Shown in pieces: positions 47,261-56,477 of a stretch of DNA of 63,724 bases. Below the pieces are notes generated by a model, which saw only the letters and a program-made list of their open reading frames with translations, was not told where the DNA came from and made no database searches. The position numbers and the translations under genes were made by a program. This DNA comes from Patescibacteria group bacterium (GTDB lineage Bacteria; Patescibacteriota; Microgenomatia; UBA8517). The DNA lies in contig DATFUL010000013.1 in the NCBI GenBank assembly GCA_035260845.1, forward strand, positions 1-63,724, in the 5' to 3' direction. The stretch's first letter is position 1. Each line of letters opens with the position of its first letter.

Positions 47261-48247
47261 CTACTTAACGCCTATAAATTGATAGGCGTTTTTAAAGTCA
47301 GAAAATATTTTTATAAACTCCGGATACAGTTCTGTTACTCTTAATATTTTTCTACCGACCTTTACATAAGGATCTACAAATCTAACTTTATTTGGTCCCC
47401 AGAATCTAGATTCTTCCTTTGGGGTGTAGATAAATCTCTTTTTTGGGGAAAGCTCTTTTAATAACGATTTTATTAATTTATCTTTAGATTTTTGCAAAAT
47501 TATGAGCACATCATCATCTGTTTTAAACAAATCATCCATTATTATTAGTTTTATTTTTAAAGCACGTTTTAGAGCTTCCCCTAAAAGTCCGTGTGCACCG
47601 TGTGAATTTGCATCAAGCCATAAAAGTTTACCCGAATCCATAAATAGTATTGTGTATAAAACCGCAGTAGACTTGGTTTTGAAGCAAAATTTTGAATTAA
47701 CTACAAATAAATCCTTTAAAAATAGATCGATTAGAGTTGACGGAAAGATAGGGTCGATTCTTGTGTCACGCAAAAAGTAATCAATTCTGTCGGCGGAAAG
47801 ATCAGGTAAATCAACTTCTAGAAGATGAAAATTACTCTTATTGAAAATTTCCTCAATTTTCATTTTGTGCTTGGTAAGAATGGAGGGAACGTCCGATGCC
47901 AAAATAATTTTCTCCTCAAATTTTTCGTGAAAGGAGTGGGAAACGTTAGGAAACACTACATCTGCAACATGTGAGAAAGCTGTGTGTGGTGTGTCGTGTA
48001 AAAGGCCCGCTACTTGTTCTTCTAAACTTGCACCAAATTTATGTAGTAAATACCAAACACCAATACTATGCTCAAATCTAGTCTGATTTCTTTGTGGTTC
48101 AATAAGTGTGGTTGGGCCGCCTTGCTTAATTTTTTTAAGCCTTTGCATTGGCGAACTATTAATTAAATCAATGATTAATTTGTTAGTTATGTTGATTTCG
48201 CCGTAAACTCTGTCTTGGATAATCATTTGATAGTCAGATTCTACCAC
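47261..48247 (-). CDS. HD-domain phosphohydrolase (dNTPase/SAMHD1-like layout)
   Basis: RFEHSIGV, GLLHDTPHTAFSH and DRIDYFLRD motifs. Confidence 0.75.
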   Translation of the reverse strand: MVESDYQMIIQDRVYGEINITNKLIIDLINSSPMQRLKKIKQGGPTTLIEPQRNQTRFEHSIGVWYLLHKFGASLEEQVAGLLHDTPHTAFSHVADVVFPNVSHSFHEKFEEKIILASDVPSILTKHKMKIEEIFNKSNFHLLEVDLPDLSADRIDYFLRDTRIDPIFPSTLIDLFLKDLFVVNSKFCFKTKSTAVLYTILFMDSGKLLWLDANSHGAHGLLGEALKRALKIKLIIMDDLFKTDDDVLIILQKSKDKLIKSLLKELSPKKRFIYTPKEESRFWGPNKVRFVDPYVKVGRKILRVTELYPEFIKIFSDFKNAYQFIGVK

Positions 48248-48273
48248 TGAAGTTTTTATTAATCTAATATTAA

Positions 48274-48945
48274 TTAACCAGTTGTTCCAGGTACAGGATT
48301 TATTGCTGGCGGCTTTTTATAAATCAGCATGCCCGCAACCAAATGCTGAGTTGTATTTAAAGCATCATCTTTATATTTATTTTCAATGATTTTCGCTTCA
48401 CCAATTGGTAAATATCCTCTTTGCTCGGCAAGTTGTGCCAAACCACCAACCATCTTTACACTTAGAGCTGTTGATAAAAATGCCATATCTTGCATTGTTG
48501 ATGGTTCGTGACCTGTCACTTCTTTAGCTATTTCTACAAAGAGACCACCCGAAATTGTAATACTATCTTTTACATCAAAAAAATATTTTGAAGGACCGAC
48601 AAAAACACCCTCAGACTCACCACCCATAACCATTTGTGGAATGATTTCAATGAACAACTCCTTTCCATCAGGAAGTCCTGTTGGAATGTTGTAATGGTTA
48701 AGAACTTCCGACAAATCGTCAAAACCTAAATTTATATAATAATCATCCATCGCATTCACAAAACCAAAGTTTAATGTTTGGAATGATCCATGGGGTTCAA
48801 CCTTTATTGTTCCAGATGGGAATGGTTCGGGAGGGGATACTGTGGGATCGATATTAATTTTTGGTGCGCATGCAACAAGCAAAGCTGACCCGCTGAAAGC
48901 CCCGGCTAATTTTAGAAAATTTCTTCTTTCAGATAATAATGACAT
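48274..48945 (-). CDS. Putative Tat-signal lipoprotein
   Basis: From MSLLSERRNFLKLAGAFSGSALLVAC: twin-arginine motif plus lipobox. The track's upstream extension overlaps tRNA-Val, so I rejected it. Confidence 0.55.
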   Translation of the reverse strand: MSLLSERRNFLKLAGAFSGSALLVACAPKINIDPTVSPPEPFPSGTIKVEPHGSFQTLNFGFVNAMDDYYINLGFDDLSEVLNHYNIPTGLPDGKELFIEIIPQMVMGGESEGVFVGPSKYFFDVKDSITISGGLFVEIAKEVTGHEPSTMQDMAFLSTALSVKMVGGLAQLAEQRGYLPIGEAKIIENKYKDDALNTTQHLVAGMLIYKKPPAINPVPGTTG

Positions 48946-48959
48946 ATTTTGATATCTAT

Positions 48960-49036
48960 TGGTGGACGCTAAGGGACTCGAACCCCTGACCCCTTTCACG
49001 TCAAGAAAGTGCTCTAGCCAACTGAGCTAAGCGTCC
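48960..49036 (-). tRNA. tRNA-Val (anticodon GAC), CCA encoded
   Basis: GGACGCT acceptor, anticodon loop UUGACGU, T-loop TTCGAGT, 3' ACCA. Confidence 0.9.
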
Positions 49037-49067
49037 TCAAAATAAAAGAACATAAGCATTATATCAA

Positions 49068-50399
49068 TTAATTCTTGCTCAGGAAAGCTTGGCTAAACTC
49101 CAATGCCTTTTGGGCCAGATCAATATCAAAGTTTTCATCCGTTCCGTGCATATTGCAGTCTTCATTAACCAGTGGAATCAATAGAGTATCCACTCCCAAT
49201 ATCTTTTTAACATCTCCCACAAATGGGATTGCTCCACCAACATTTTTATAGTTCACTTTAGTCTTATATACATTGTTTAAGGTTTTAATTGCTGTTTCCA
49301 TAAATTCATTTTTGGAATTTACTTTAACTGGCCTATGCATGCCATTAAAACTTAAGCTGTAGTCCACATGTTTTGGAGTGTTTGCTTTTATAAATTTGGC
49401 AAGTGCTTTTGCAATAACTTCTGGGCGCTGACTTGCTACAAGCCTTACATTTATTTTGGCTTCTGCCTTAAACGGAACTATATTGGCATAGCCGATTTCT
49501 GTATAACCTGCATTAATTCCCGTTACTTGTAGAGTCGGGTAAAGCCCTGTTTGGCTGTAAAAATCTACATTTTTAGGAAAAATTAATTTATTTACACCCG
49601 CCAGTTTTTTAATATCTCCTCCTTCTTTTACCAAATTCACATTATTTTCTATTTGTTTTTTAGTGACTTTGTCCATGCCTCTGTAAAATTCCTTAAATGC
49701 AATTGAGTTATCGGCATTTGTGAGTTTACTTAAGAATTTGGAAAGCTCAGTTGCCGCATTTGGAACCACCCCGCCCCAAATTCCTGAATGTAAATTACTT
49801 TTACCGGTTTTGTAAGTAAGTGTGCAGTTGAACCCTCCCCTTAAAGAAACTTCAATAGTTGGTTTGTTGTTAGTGAGTTCGCCATCAGAAACCAAAACGA
49901 CATCGCATTTTAGTAAGTTTCTATTTTTTAACATAAGAGTAGCCATGCCATCGTTTCCAGTTTCCTCGTTGCCCTCGATTAAAAATTTAACATTGTAAGC
50001 CAATTTACCTTCTTTGATTAGCTGAACTACTGTAACTATGTGGGCCAAGATTTGTCCTTTGTTATCTATTATTCCTCTTGCAATTAGTTTCCTTCCTTTT
50101 TCATAAACAGTAAAAGGATCACTTTTCCAACCATCTTCTTTATTCGCGGGTTGCACATCATAATGACCGTAAATAAGGACAGTTTTAAGTTTCTTTGAAA
50201 CATTAAAACTACCAAAAACCAGGGGATTTGAGTTTTTACCTTTAATTATTTTTACTTCAAATTTATTTTCTGAAAGTAAATTTTTAAGCCACAAAACAGT
50301 TTTCTCAATTTCATCCAAATATTTTGGATCCGTTGAGACGCTTTTAAAACTAACAAATTCAGCTAGTAACTTTTTATAGTTATTAAAAATATTTGTCAT
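49068..50399 (-). CDS. M20-family metallopeptidase / dipeptidase
   Basis: YGHYDVQP, RGIIDNKG and EGNEETG metal-binding motifs of the ArgE/DapE/CPG2 family. Confidence 0.8.
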   Translation of the reverse strand: MTNIFNNYKKLLAEFVSFKSVSTDPKYLDEIEKTVLWLKNLLSENKFEVKIIKGKNSNPLVFGSFNVSKKLKTVLIYGHYDVQPANKEDGWKSDPFTVYEKGRKLIARGIIDNKGQILAHIVTVVQLIKEGKLAYNVKFLIEGNEETGNDGMATLMLKNRNLLKCDVVLVSDGELTNNKPTIEVSLRGGFNCTLTYKTGKSNLHSGIWGGVVPNAATELSKFLSKLTNADNSIAFKEFYRGMDKVTKKQIENNVNLVKEGGDIKKLAGVNKLIFPKNVDFYSQTGLYPTLQVTGINAGYTEIGYANIVPFKAEAKINVRLVASQRPEVIAKALAKFIKANTPKHVDYSLSFNGMHRPVKVNSKNEFMETAIKTLNNVYKTKVNYKNVGGAIPFVGDVKKILGVDTLLIPLVNEDCNMHGTDENFDIDLAQKALEFSQAFLSKN

Positions 50400-50484
50400 A
50401 CTATGGCCGAGTATACTACAATCGAACCCAAGAGAGAGGACTTTGCCTGTAAACGCTAGTCCTCTCTCTTTTTAGGTTTAATAC

Positions 50485-50604
50485 CTAAACTTGGTCCGTG
50501 CTAGAAGGCGGTGCTTCTACTTTCCCTGTTTCGTTCACCGAAACAGATCCGTATTTGCCGTCTTCTGGTGGCTTATTTTGACCACCTCCTGCTTCTACTG
50601 CCAT
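50485..50604 (-). CDS. Possible 39-aa hydrophilic mini-protein between two hairpins
   Basis: Manual: MAVEAGGGQNKPPEDGKYGSVSVNETGKVEAPPSSTDQV. GGGGGTGA lies 5 nt upstream of the ATG. Confidence 0.2.
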   Translation of the reverse strand: MAVEAGGGQNKPPEDGKYGSVSVNETGKVEAPPSSTDQV

Positions 50605-50631
50605 TTTAATCACCCCCCTTCTTGTAAAACT

Positions 50632-50659
50632 AAAAAACCTCTCGTTTTAGTGAGAGGTT
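50632..50659 (-). terminator. Intrinsic terminator downstream of 50783..51406
   Basis: Minus strand: AACCTCTC-ACTAAAAC-GAGAGGTT followed by TTTTAGTTTT. Confidence 0.55.
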
Positions 50660-50782
50660 TTCCTTAAATTCTAGTTTATTTGTTAGCCCTTACGAAAATC
50701 TCCCACCACATCATTTGCCTTCCAAAAAGGAAGACAATACATGCGGATGTGAGAAATTGATTTCATATAGACAAATAATACA

Positions 50783-51406
50783 TTAGCCTGCTGATCTTTG
50801 CAAATAATGGTCCGGTGAAAGTAAGAAACTACTACCCTTCTTTTTGTACATACTCCAGTAATTTTTCTTTTCTGCTCGTTTGTTTGTTCCCCCAAGCCAG
50901 ATTGAGGCCTGATCAATTTTCTTTCTAAAAGACATCAAAAACTCTAAAACTTTTTCGAAAAAGATGACATGATAAACGCCTGGGTTAACTGGGACTTCTA
51001 CCATGGCAATTTCTGTTTGGGTGGCAAGGTTTCCTGTACTTGCGGCAAGTTTACCAATTTCTACAGTTATGGCTTGAAGTTGAATTCTAAGCTCTTGCAT
51101 TTTTTCTTGAGACAAACGGCTTTCGTCGGCAGATAGGTTTCTTTCAAGAGCAATTTGGGCTCTAAGTTTTTCGTTTTCTTCTTCTTTGCCGCTTAAAACT
51201 TGTGCCATTTCAACCGATTCCCCCGCCTTCATTTCGCCCGACCTTTTAACAGGAGTACCAATACCCATGAGTTCGCGGAAAAAGTCCTCAGAAGTAGTTT
51301 TTAGAAGATCTGTGCTTTGGTCTGTAAAATCGCCACTAATATCCTTAAGGGATTCAATGATATTCCTTTTAGCTGCACCGCCCTTAGACTTTTTATTATC
51401 AGCCAT
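50783..51406 (-). CDS. Hypothetical coiled-coil protein (207 aa)
   Basis: ORF co-directional with and downstream of tig. Charged coiled-coil centre and basic tail. Confidence 0.5.
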   Translation of the reverse strand: MADNKKSKGGAAKRNIIESLKDISGDFTDQSTDLLKTTSEDFFRELMGIGTPVKRSGEMKAGESVEMAQVLSGKEEENEKLRAQIALERNLSADESRLSQEKMQELRIQLQAITVEIGKLAASTGNLATQTEIAMVEVPVNPGVYHVIFFEKVLEFLMSFRKKIDQASIWLGGTNKRAEKKNYWSMYKKKGSSFLLSPDHYLQRSAG

Positions 51407-51461
51407 AGTAGTTCTTGAGCAGGAACTTACAAGTGCAGTTTAGTCCTGGAGAATTAAAAAA

Positions 51462-52340
51462 TCAAGCAAGTGAGACCAAATGGTCCAGTGCTTTGCGGCG
51501 CTTTAAGATTGACTCGATAAGCCTTTTTCTGTTTTCTGGGTCTTCGTGGTCATCTTTAGAAGCTTGTGACATTTGCATAGCCGAATCAACTTCTTTTGCG
51601 TCTACTTTCAAATTTTCCTCTTCGGCAATTTTGTTAAGAATCAAGTCAACCGAAATTGCATCTTTGGCCTGCACTGCATACTCAGCTCTTAAATCTTCAG
51701 CCTTTTTGTTGATTGAACCCAAATAACTCTCAAGAGCAAGTCCAAGCTTTTCAAGTCTGGCCAAAAGGCTAGAAAGTCTACTGTCTGCTTCTTCTTCAAC
51801 CAAAATTCTTGGGATTTTAATTTTTACGCTATCGATTAAAGCTTTAAGAACAAGCCCTTCCTTTTCTTCACGAGATTTTTCTTTATTTTCTTTACCTGGA
51901 ACAACTATTGAGTCAGCGCGAAGAGCCCCACCCGCTACTTTTTTGTAGTCACCGAGGCTAAATTCTGGTAACTCACAAGTAACTCCTTTTATTTGCCAGG
52001 CTTCGTTCTCTTTTGCACTAACTAGTTCAAATCGTGGGTAAACTGCAATTCTAAGTTTATTGTCGGCTACTGCATCACTCAAGGCTTTTGGCAAAATATG
52101 GCTTAAGGAATGTTCAACGACTGCACTTTGAGATAGCTTCTCGCGAACTTTACTGATTGGAGCCGTACCTTTTCTAAATCCTGGAATCTCAACATCTTTA
52201 GCCATTTCCTCAACTGTTTCTTCTTGTGCCTTTTGAATCACGGCAAATGGGATAGTGAACGTAATTTGAATATTGCCGTCTTCTTCTCGGGCAATTACAG
52301 AGGTTATGCCAGATACATTTGCAGTTTTATGTGTTGTCAT
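51462..52340 (-). CDS. tig: Trigger factor lacking the PPIase domain (292 aa)
   Basis: Ribosome-binding signature PGFRKGTAP in the N-domain. A C-terminal arm domain follows after a short linker. No FKBP segment. Confidence 0.8.
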   Translation of the reverse strand: MTTHKTANVSGITSVIAREEDGNIQITFTIPFAVIQKAQEETVEEMAKDVEIPGFRKGTAPISKVREKLSQSAVVEHSLSHILPKALSDAVADNKLRIAVYPRFELVSAKENEAWQIKGVTCELPEFSLGDYKKVAGGALRADSIVVPGKENKEKSREEKEGLVLKALIDSVKIKIPRILVEEEADSRLSSLLARLEKLGLALESYLGSINKKAEDLRAEYAVQAKDAISVDLILNKIAEEENLKVDAKEVDSAMQMSQASKDDHEDPENRKRLIESILKRRKALDHLVSLA

Positions 52341-52639
52341 TGTGAGGCTATTATACTAGGCTGGCCTCAATATACCAATAAGCAAATAAACAAATGCCAC
52401 AAATTAATTTCAAATTATTAAATGATTAAATTATTCAAACATTTATTTGCAGATTTGCAGATTTGGTTATTTGAGAATTGAAGCTTACTTCCCACCCCCG
52501 CCTTTGTTTTGGGTAACCCTGACAACAGGGGGAACAAAAGAAGGTTTATTGAATGATCTATTGTTTAATGCCTTACCTCCCGAAAACATTGAAGGAGTAC
52601 CCTTAAAACTTAAGGTTGGGAGCTTTATTTCCTGTGTTT

Positions 52640-52668
52640 TTGACTTTGCCATGGGATTATTATACAAT
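52640..52668 (+). promoter_or_regulatory. Sigma70-like promoter (TTGACT-17-TACAAT) for the RRM gene
   Basis: TTGACT at 52640..52645 and TACAAT at 52663..52668. GGAGGTGA Shine-Dalgarno at 52741. Confidence 0.4.
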
Positions 52669-52761
52669 ATTCTCATAACGAGCTTTGTGAGGCCCCCTGA
52701 AACTTCAGGAACAGTGTCCCCAAGGTAAGAAAAAATAGATGGAGGTGAGTTTATAAATAAA

Positions 52762-53025
52762 ATGCAAAATACCAAACTTTTTGTTGGTAATTTGGACTGG
52801 GGTGTAACAGGTGATGATCTTCGCACAGTTTTTGCAGCCGTTGGTACAGTAACCGACGCAGTTGTCTTAATGGATAAGATGACAGGCAGAAGCCGTGGAT
52901 TTGGATTTGTTACCATGAGTACAGAAGACGAAGCTAAAGCAGCTGTTGAAAAACTCAATGGAAGCGATCTTAAAGGAAGAAAGATTAATGTCAACGTTGC
53001 CCGTCCAATGGAACCAAGACAGTAA
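52762..53025 (+). CDS. RRM-type RNA-binding protein
   Basis: RNP-2 LFVGNL and RNP-1 RGFGFVTM. 87 aa. Confidence 0.85.
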   Translation: MQNTKLFVGNLDWGVTGDDLRTVFAAVGTVTDAVVLMDKMTGRSRGFGFVTMSTEDEAKAAVEKLNGSDLKGRKINVNVARPMEPRQ

Positions 53026-53026
53026 G

Positions 53027-53056
53027 AAAATTTCGCATTAAAAGCGAATTTTTCTT
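53027..53056 (+). terminator. Terminator-like hairpin after the RRM gene
   Basis: AAAATTTCGC-ATTAAAA-GCGAATTTTTCTT. A second perfect 8-bp hairpin CCATTTCG-AAA-CGAAATGG lies at 53059..53077. Confidence 0.4.
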
Positions 53057-53169
53057 GGCCATTTCGAAACGAAATGGTAATTAATAGATCGAAAAGGAGG
53101 AAAGTGAAAAGTTTAGATTCGTAAGAGTCAAAAATGGAAGTAACTTTCCTTTTTTCGTGGCATAAAACC

Positions 53170-53508
53170 TTAGTCGCTTGCCAGTGTGTGGAGGAACCAG
53201 CTGACCAAAGAAAGAACTATAGAGGCTATAAGTGCCGTAGAAAAACCCGCGATCATAAATCCCGGTACGATCATAGAAGTTCCCCACAAGAGTAAGACGT
53301 TGATTAAAAATGCTGCAATTCCAAAAGTTAGTAAAGATATGGGAAGTGCTATAAGCTGTAAAACCGGTTTAATGAATGTGTTAACTATTCCTATTACAAT
53401 TGCGGCTACAACTGCAGTCCAAAGATTTGCTAAATGGAACCCGGGAACCAAATATTCAACAACAAGGAGTGCAAAAGCATTAATAGCGAGTCTTACAATT
53501 AATTTCAT
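53170..53508 (-). CDS. Small four-TM membrane protein (holin-IV / YvlD-like family)
   Basis: 112 aa, four TM helices, FIKPVLQLIALPISLLTFG motif reminiscent of the YvlD family. Confidence 0.6.
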   Translation of the reverse strand: MKLIVRLAINAFALLVVEYLVPGFHLANLWTAVVAAIVIGIVNTFIKPVLQLIALPISLLTFGIAAFLINVLLLWGTSMIVPGFMIAGFSTALIASIVLSLVSWFLHTLASD

Positions 53509-53512
53509 TAAT

Positions 53513-54523
53513 TTATTGTAAATGCTTTTTATAGAAAGTCAAAGCATTTTCTATAGCTTGTCCCCAACCTGGAGTTAAATTATGGTCTGCCCCGGGGTAT
53601 TTTATATATTCGGCGGAAACAGTAGCCTCTTTAAGGTTTTTATTAAGATTGTCGCTCCAAACAAGAGGAACTGCTTCGTCTGCCGTCCCCTGATTTAATT
53701 GAATAGGTGCTTTAATATTGCTCAAATATTTAGTTAGCGAATATAAATCGGTGTCGTAATCTTTTTCAAAGTCGGCTAATTTTTGACGCAAAAACCTGCC
53801 ACCATCATCAGCGTCGTCTGTATAGTAAAGAATAGAATACGGAAATGGTTTACTTACAGGTGCCCAAAGGACAGTTGGGTAATTTACACCCGTTGCCTCA
53901 AGTGTGGTTAAACTGATTTGTCCACCGTTACTGTGTCCCCAGATGAAGATAGATGAATGGTTAATTGGTAGATTGGTCGATTGGGAGGACTCAATTGACT
54001 TAAGTAGGGTTATTGCAGTTACATAAGTTTGGAAACGGGACTCAAAAACGTCTACGGCTTCGCGATCAGAATCTCCGTAACCCAAAAAATCAGGGGCAAT
54101 TGTAATAAAGCCGTTTTCTGCAAATGTTTCTGCTGAATGAGTTGTTCCGTCGCCAATAAAATAATTTTTAGGGTCAACATAGCCCCTGAACATTGCAATC
54201 ACTGGAAATTTACCCGCTCCTTTTGGAATATTAATTAAGCCAGAAGTTGTTTTTAAGTCATTCGATAAATCTGGGCTAAAATTCATAGTAAATTCGTAAG
54301 AAGTGAACTTTGGGTCGTCTTTTAAAATTTTTCCAATTTCAATTTGTGCAGGTTTAATATCTGCTTTACTTAAATTTTCAATTGTATATTTGGCTAGTGG
54401 GGTTGGTCGAACTATTGCAATTGGGTTATTGGAAGACCTGGGTAAATTGTAAGCCGTATTCGCAAACCAGCCTATGAGGATAAAAATGACACCAATTAAA
54501 AGATAATAAATATATTGCCTCAC
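53513..54523 (-). CDS. Membrane-anchored alpha/beta hydrolase (S9 / dienelactone-hydrolase-like)
   Basis: N-terminal TM, nucleophile elbow GHSNGG, later D and H (GADHNL). Confidence 0.7.
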   Translation of the reverse strand: MRQYIYYLLIGVIFILIGWFANTAYNLPRSSNNPIAIVRPTPLAKYTIENLSKADIKPAQIEIGKILKDDPKFTSYEFTMNFSPDLSNDLKTTSGLINIPKGAGKFPVIAMFRGYVDPKNYFIGDGTTHSAETFAENGFITIAPDFLGYGDSDREAVDVFESRFQTYVTAITLLKSIESSQSTNLPINHSSIFIWGHSNGGQISLTTLEATGVNYPTVLWAPVSKPFPYSILYYTDDADDGGRFLRQKLADFEKDYDTDLYSLTKYLSNIKAPIQLNQGTADEAVPLVWSDNLNKNLKEATVSAEYIKYPGADHNLTPGWGQAIENALTFYKKHLQ

Positions 54524-54549
54524 AAAATAATTCTACTACAATACTGTCT

Positions 54550-54945
54550 TCATTTAATAAAGCTTGAAGATACTTTTTCAAATGCTCTTGCCATTTTAAT
54601 GTCGTTTGCGAAAGTTGTAAGGCCATTGTCTACAATTGCTAGCCCTGGTGCAAAAAAGTAGTGATTTAACGTTATTCCATGTTGGCTTTTTGTTCCAACA
54701 AAGTCCTTAGGATCTACTCCCTCTAAAACAAACTTGTCATAAATAGTTTGTTTATATATTGGTCCCCATGGGATACTAAACGCCACTTCTCCACAATGAA
54801 AGATTGTCCCCTTGTCTAGATCCTTATTATAGATCTCTGTATTGAATTCAAAAGGGTCTCTTAGCATTTTGGAAACAACCTCTCGAACTCGTTTATATTT
54901 TTCTTGACGCCTTTCAACAGTTTCTGTCATGCTCGAATTATACAA
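54550..54945 (-). CDS. Hypothetical 131-aa protein
   Basis: ORF only. Confidence 0.4.
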   Translation of the reverse strand: MYNSSMTETVERRQEKYKRVREVVSKMLRDPFEFNTEIYNKDLDKGTIFHCGEVAFSIPWGPIYKQTIYDKFVLEGVDPKDFVGTKSQHGITLNHYFFAPGLAIVDNGLTTFANDIKMARAFEKVSSSFIK

Positions 54946-55006
54946 TTTGAACTTTTGAAGTCAAGAAGAGCATTGACTTCGTATTTTCTTCGGGTTAAAT
55001 TAAATT

Positions 55007-55240
55007 ATGACTGTCAATGAAAAAGTAACTGTTGGGATGGTGGATAATGTTCCTAAATATGTAATTTGGAAGGGACAAAGCCATACAGTTGTTAAAATTG
55101 GTTTGCACCACACTTTCAGAGACGGTAAAACCATGCATCATATTTTTTCGGTTACCTCAAGCACTCTTTTTATGCGCCTCAACTTAAATTCGGACAATTT
55201 AATTTGGACTTTAGAAGAAATTGAAAACAATGGATTTTAA
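55007..55240 (+). CDS. Hypothetical 77-aa protein coupled to dinB
   Basis: ORF overlaps the dinB start by 11-20 nt. Confidence 0.4.
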   Translation: MTVNEKVTVGMVDNVPKYVIWKGQSHTVVKIGLHHTFRDGKTMHHIFSVTSSTLFMRLNLNSDNLIWTLEEIENNGF

Positions 55241-56477
55241 CTCAAAACCCTCCTATGTAATGCTTATGGACATTAATTCGTGTTTTGCAACTATTGAACA
55301 ACAAGCAAACCCGTTCCTACGTGGAAGGCCAATTGTAGTTGCCGCCTATACTTCCGCGTCAGGAGCCATTCTGGCCGCATCATACGAAGCCAAAAAACTT
55401 GGTATAAAAACCGGTATGAGGGTAGCCGATGGTAAGAGCATTTGTCCAAGCTTGAAAATTTTACTACCAGACCCACATAAATACAGGTTTGTACATTTAA
55501 AACTTGCGAAAATTATTTCTGAATACACAGATGATTTTGCGGCTAAGTCAATTGACGAGTTTGTTTTAAATCTCAAAGATTACCCCGCTTTAAAAAATAA
55601 ATCCATGCAGGGCGTGGCACGGCAAATAAAGGAAAAAATTAAAACAGAAATTGGTGAGTGGATTACAGTCTCTATTGGTATTGCTCCAAACAGGTATTTG
55701 GCAAAAATAGCGGCTAATATTAAAAAACCTGACGGACTCGTAGAAATTAATAAAGATAACTTTCTAGAAGTTTATTCCAAGCTAAAGTTAACTGACCTGA
55801 CAGGAATCAAAGTTGGTAATGCAAGACGCCTGAATAGCATGGGAATCTATACCGTTCTTGATTTCTACCAATCCCCCATTTGGAAACTCAAAGCCGCCTT
55901 CCATTCAATTACCGGATTATATTGGCATACTCGTCTTCGCGGTTATGAAATTGATAAGGAAGAATTCAAAAGAAGAAGTTATGGAAATTCTGTTGCAATA
56001 GGGCGCGATGTTAAAACCAAGGCGGAGCTATCCCCCATTCTTGCCAGACTTACCGAGAAAACGGCTTTCAGGCTTCGCCAAGCCGATTATAAGGCCCGCG
56101 GCGTTCATTTGGCTATTGTTTACAAGGATGGCACCTTTTGGCATAAAGGCGGCCTTCTCCAGTATGACCTTGAAAGCAGTCAGGAAATATTTAGAGTTGC
56201 ACTAAACTTGCTTTCTATAGCGAGTCCAAAAAAGTCAGTGCGCAATATTGCAGTATCGGTTTTTTCCTTAGTTAAACATGATTCATACCAGCCCGACCTT
56301 TTCGAAAAAGTTTCAGAAAATAAAGATCTTACAAAAGCGAGTGACTTAATTAATAAAAAATGGGGAGATTTTACTTTACATTTAGGCAGATCCCTGCTTA
56401 GTAAAAGTGATGTAAAAGATAGAATTGCTTTTGGAGGAGTTAAAGAGTTGGAAGGATTACAGAGTCGCCAACCTTGA
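55230..56477 (+). CDS. dinB: DNA polymerase IV (Y-family)
   Basis: MLMDINSCFATIEQ, SIDEFVL, and the little-finger region. A TTG start at 55221 is also possible. Confidence 0.9.
   Translation: MDFNSKPSYVMLMDINSCFATIEQQANPFLRGRPIVVAAYTSASGAILAASYEAKKLGIKTGMRVADGKSICPSLKILLPDPHKYRFVHLKLAKIISEYTDDFAAKSIDEFVLNLKDYPALKNKSMQGVARQIKEKIKTEIGEWITVSIGIAPNRYLAKIAANIKKPDGLVEINKDNFLEVYSKLKLTDLTGIKVGNARRLNSMGIYTVLDFYQSPIWKLKAAFHSITGLYWHTRLRGYEIDKEEFKRRSYGNSVAIGRDVKTKAELSPILARLTEKTAFRLRQADYKARGVHLAIVYKDGTFWHKGGLLQYDLESSQEIFRVALNLLSIASPKKSVRNIAVSVFSLVKHDSYQPDLFEKVSENKDLTKASDLINKKWGDFTLHLGRSLLSKSDVKDRIAFGGVKELEGLQSRQP

Noticed and set aside
50683-50916. 77-aa minus-strand ORF.
   Set aside because: It overlaps the 3' end of the 207-aa gene in another frame and runs into the terminator hairpin.
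52380-52760. Whether this region is SRP RNA, RNase P RNA, tmRNA or 6S RNA.
   Set aside because: I found no GAGGAAAGUCC-type P4 sequence, no tRNA-like 3' end with a tag ORF, and no convincing SRP domain IV GGAA / AGCA motif on either strand. It stays listed only as an unassigned candidate.
52447-52994. 93-aa plus-strand ORF and 169-aa minus-strand ORF around the RRM gene.
   Set aside because: The minus-strand ORF overlaps the unmistakable RRM gene in antisense. The plus-strand ORF needs a TTG start and runs through the predicted RRM promoter. Neither has a protein-like motif. I treat the open frames as a by-product of a GC-rich, possibly structured, non-coding stretch.
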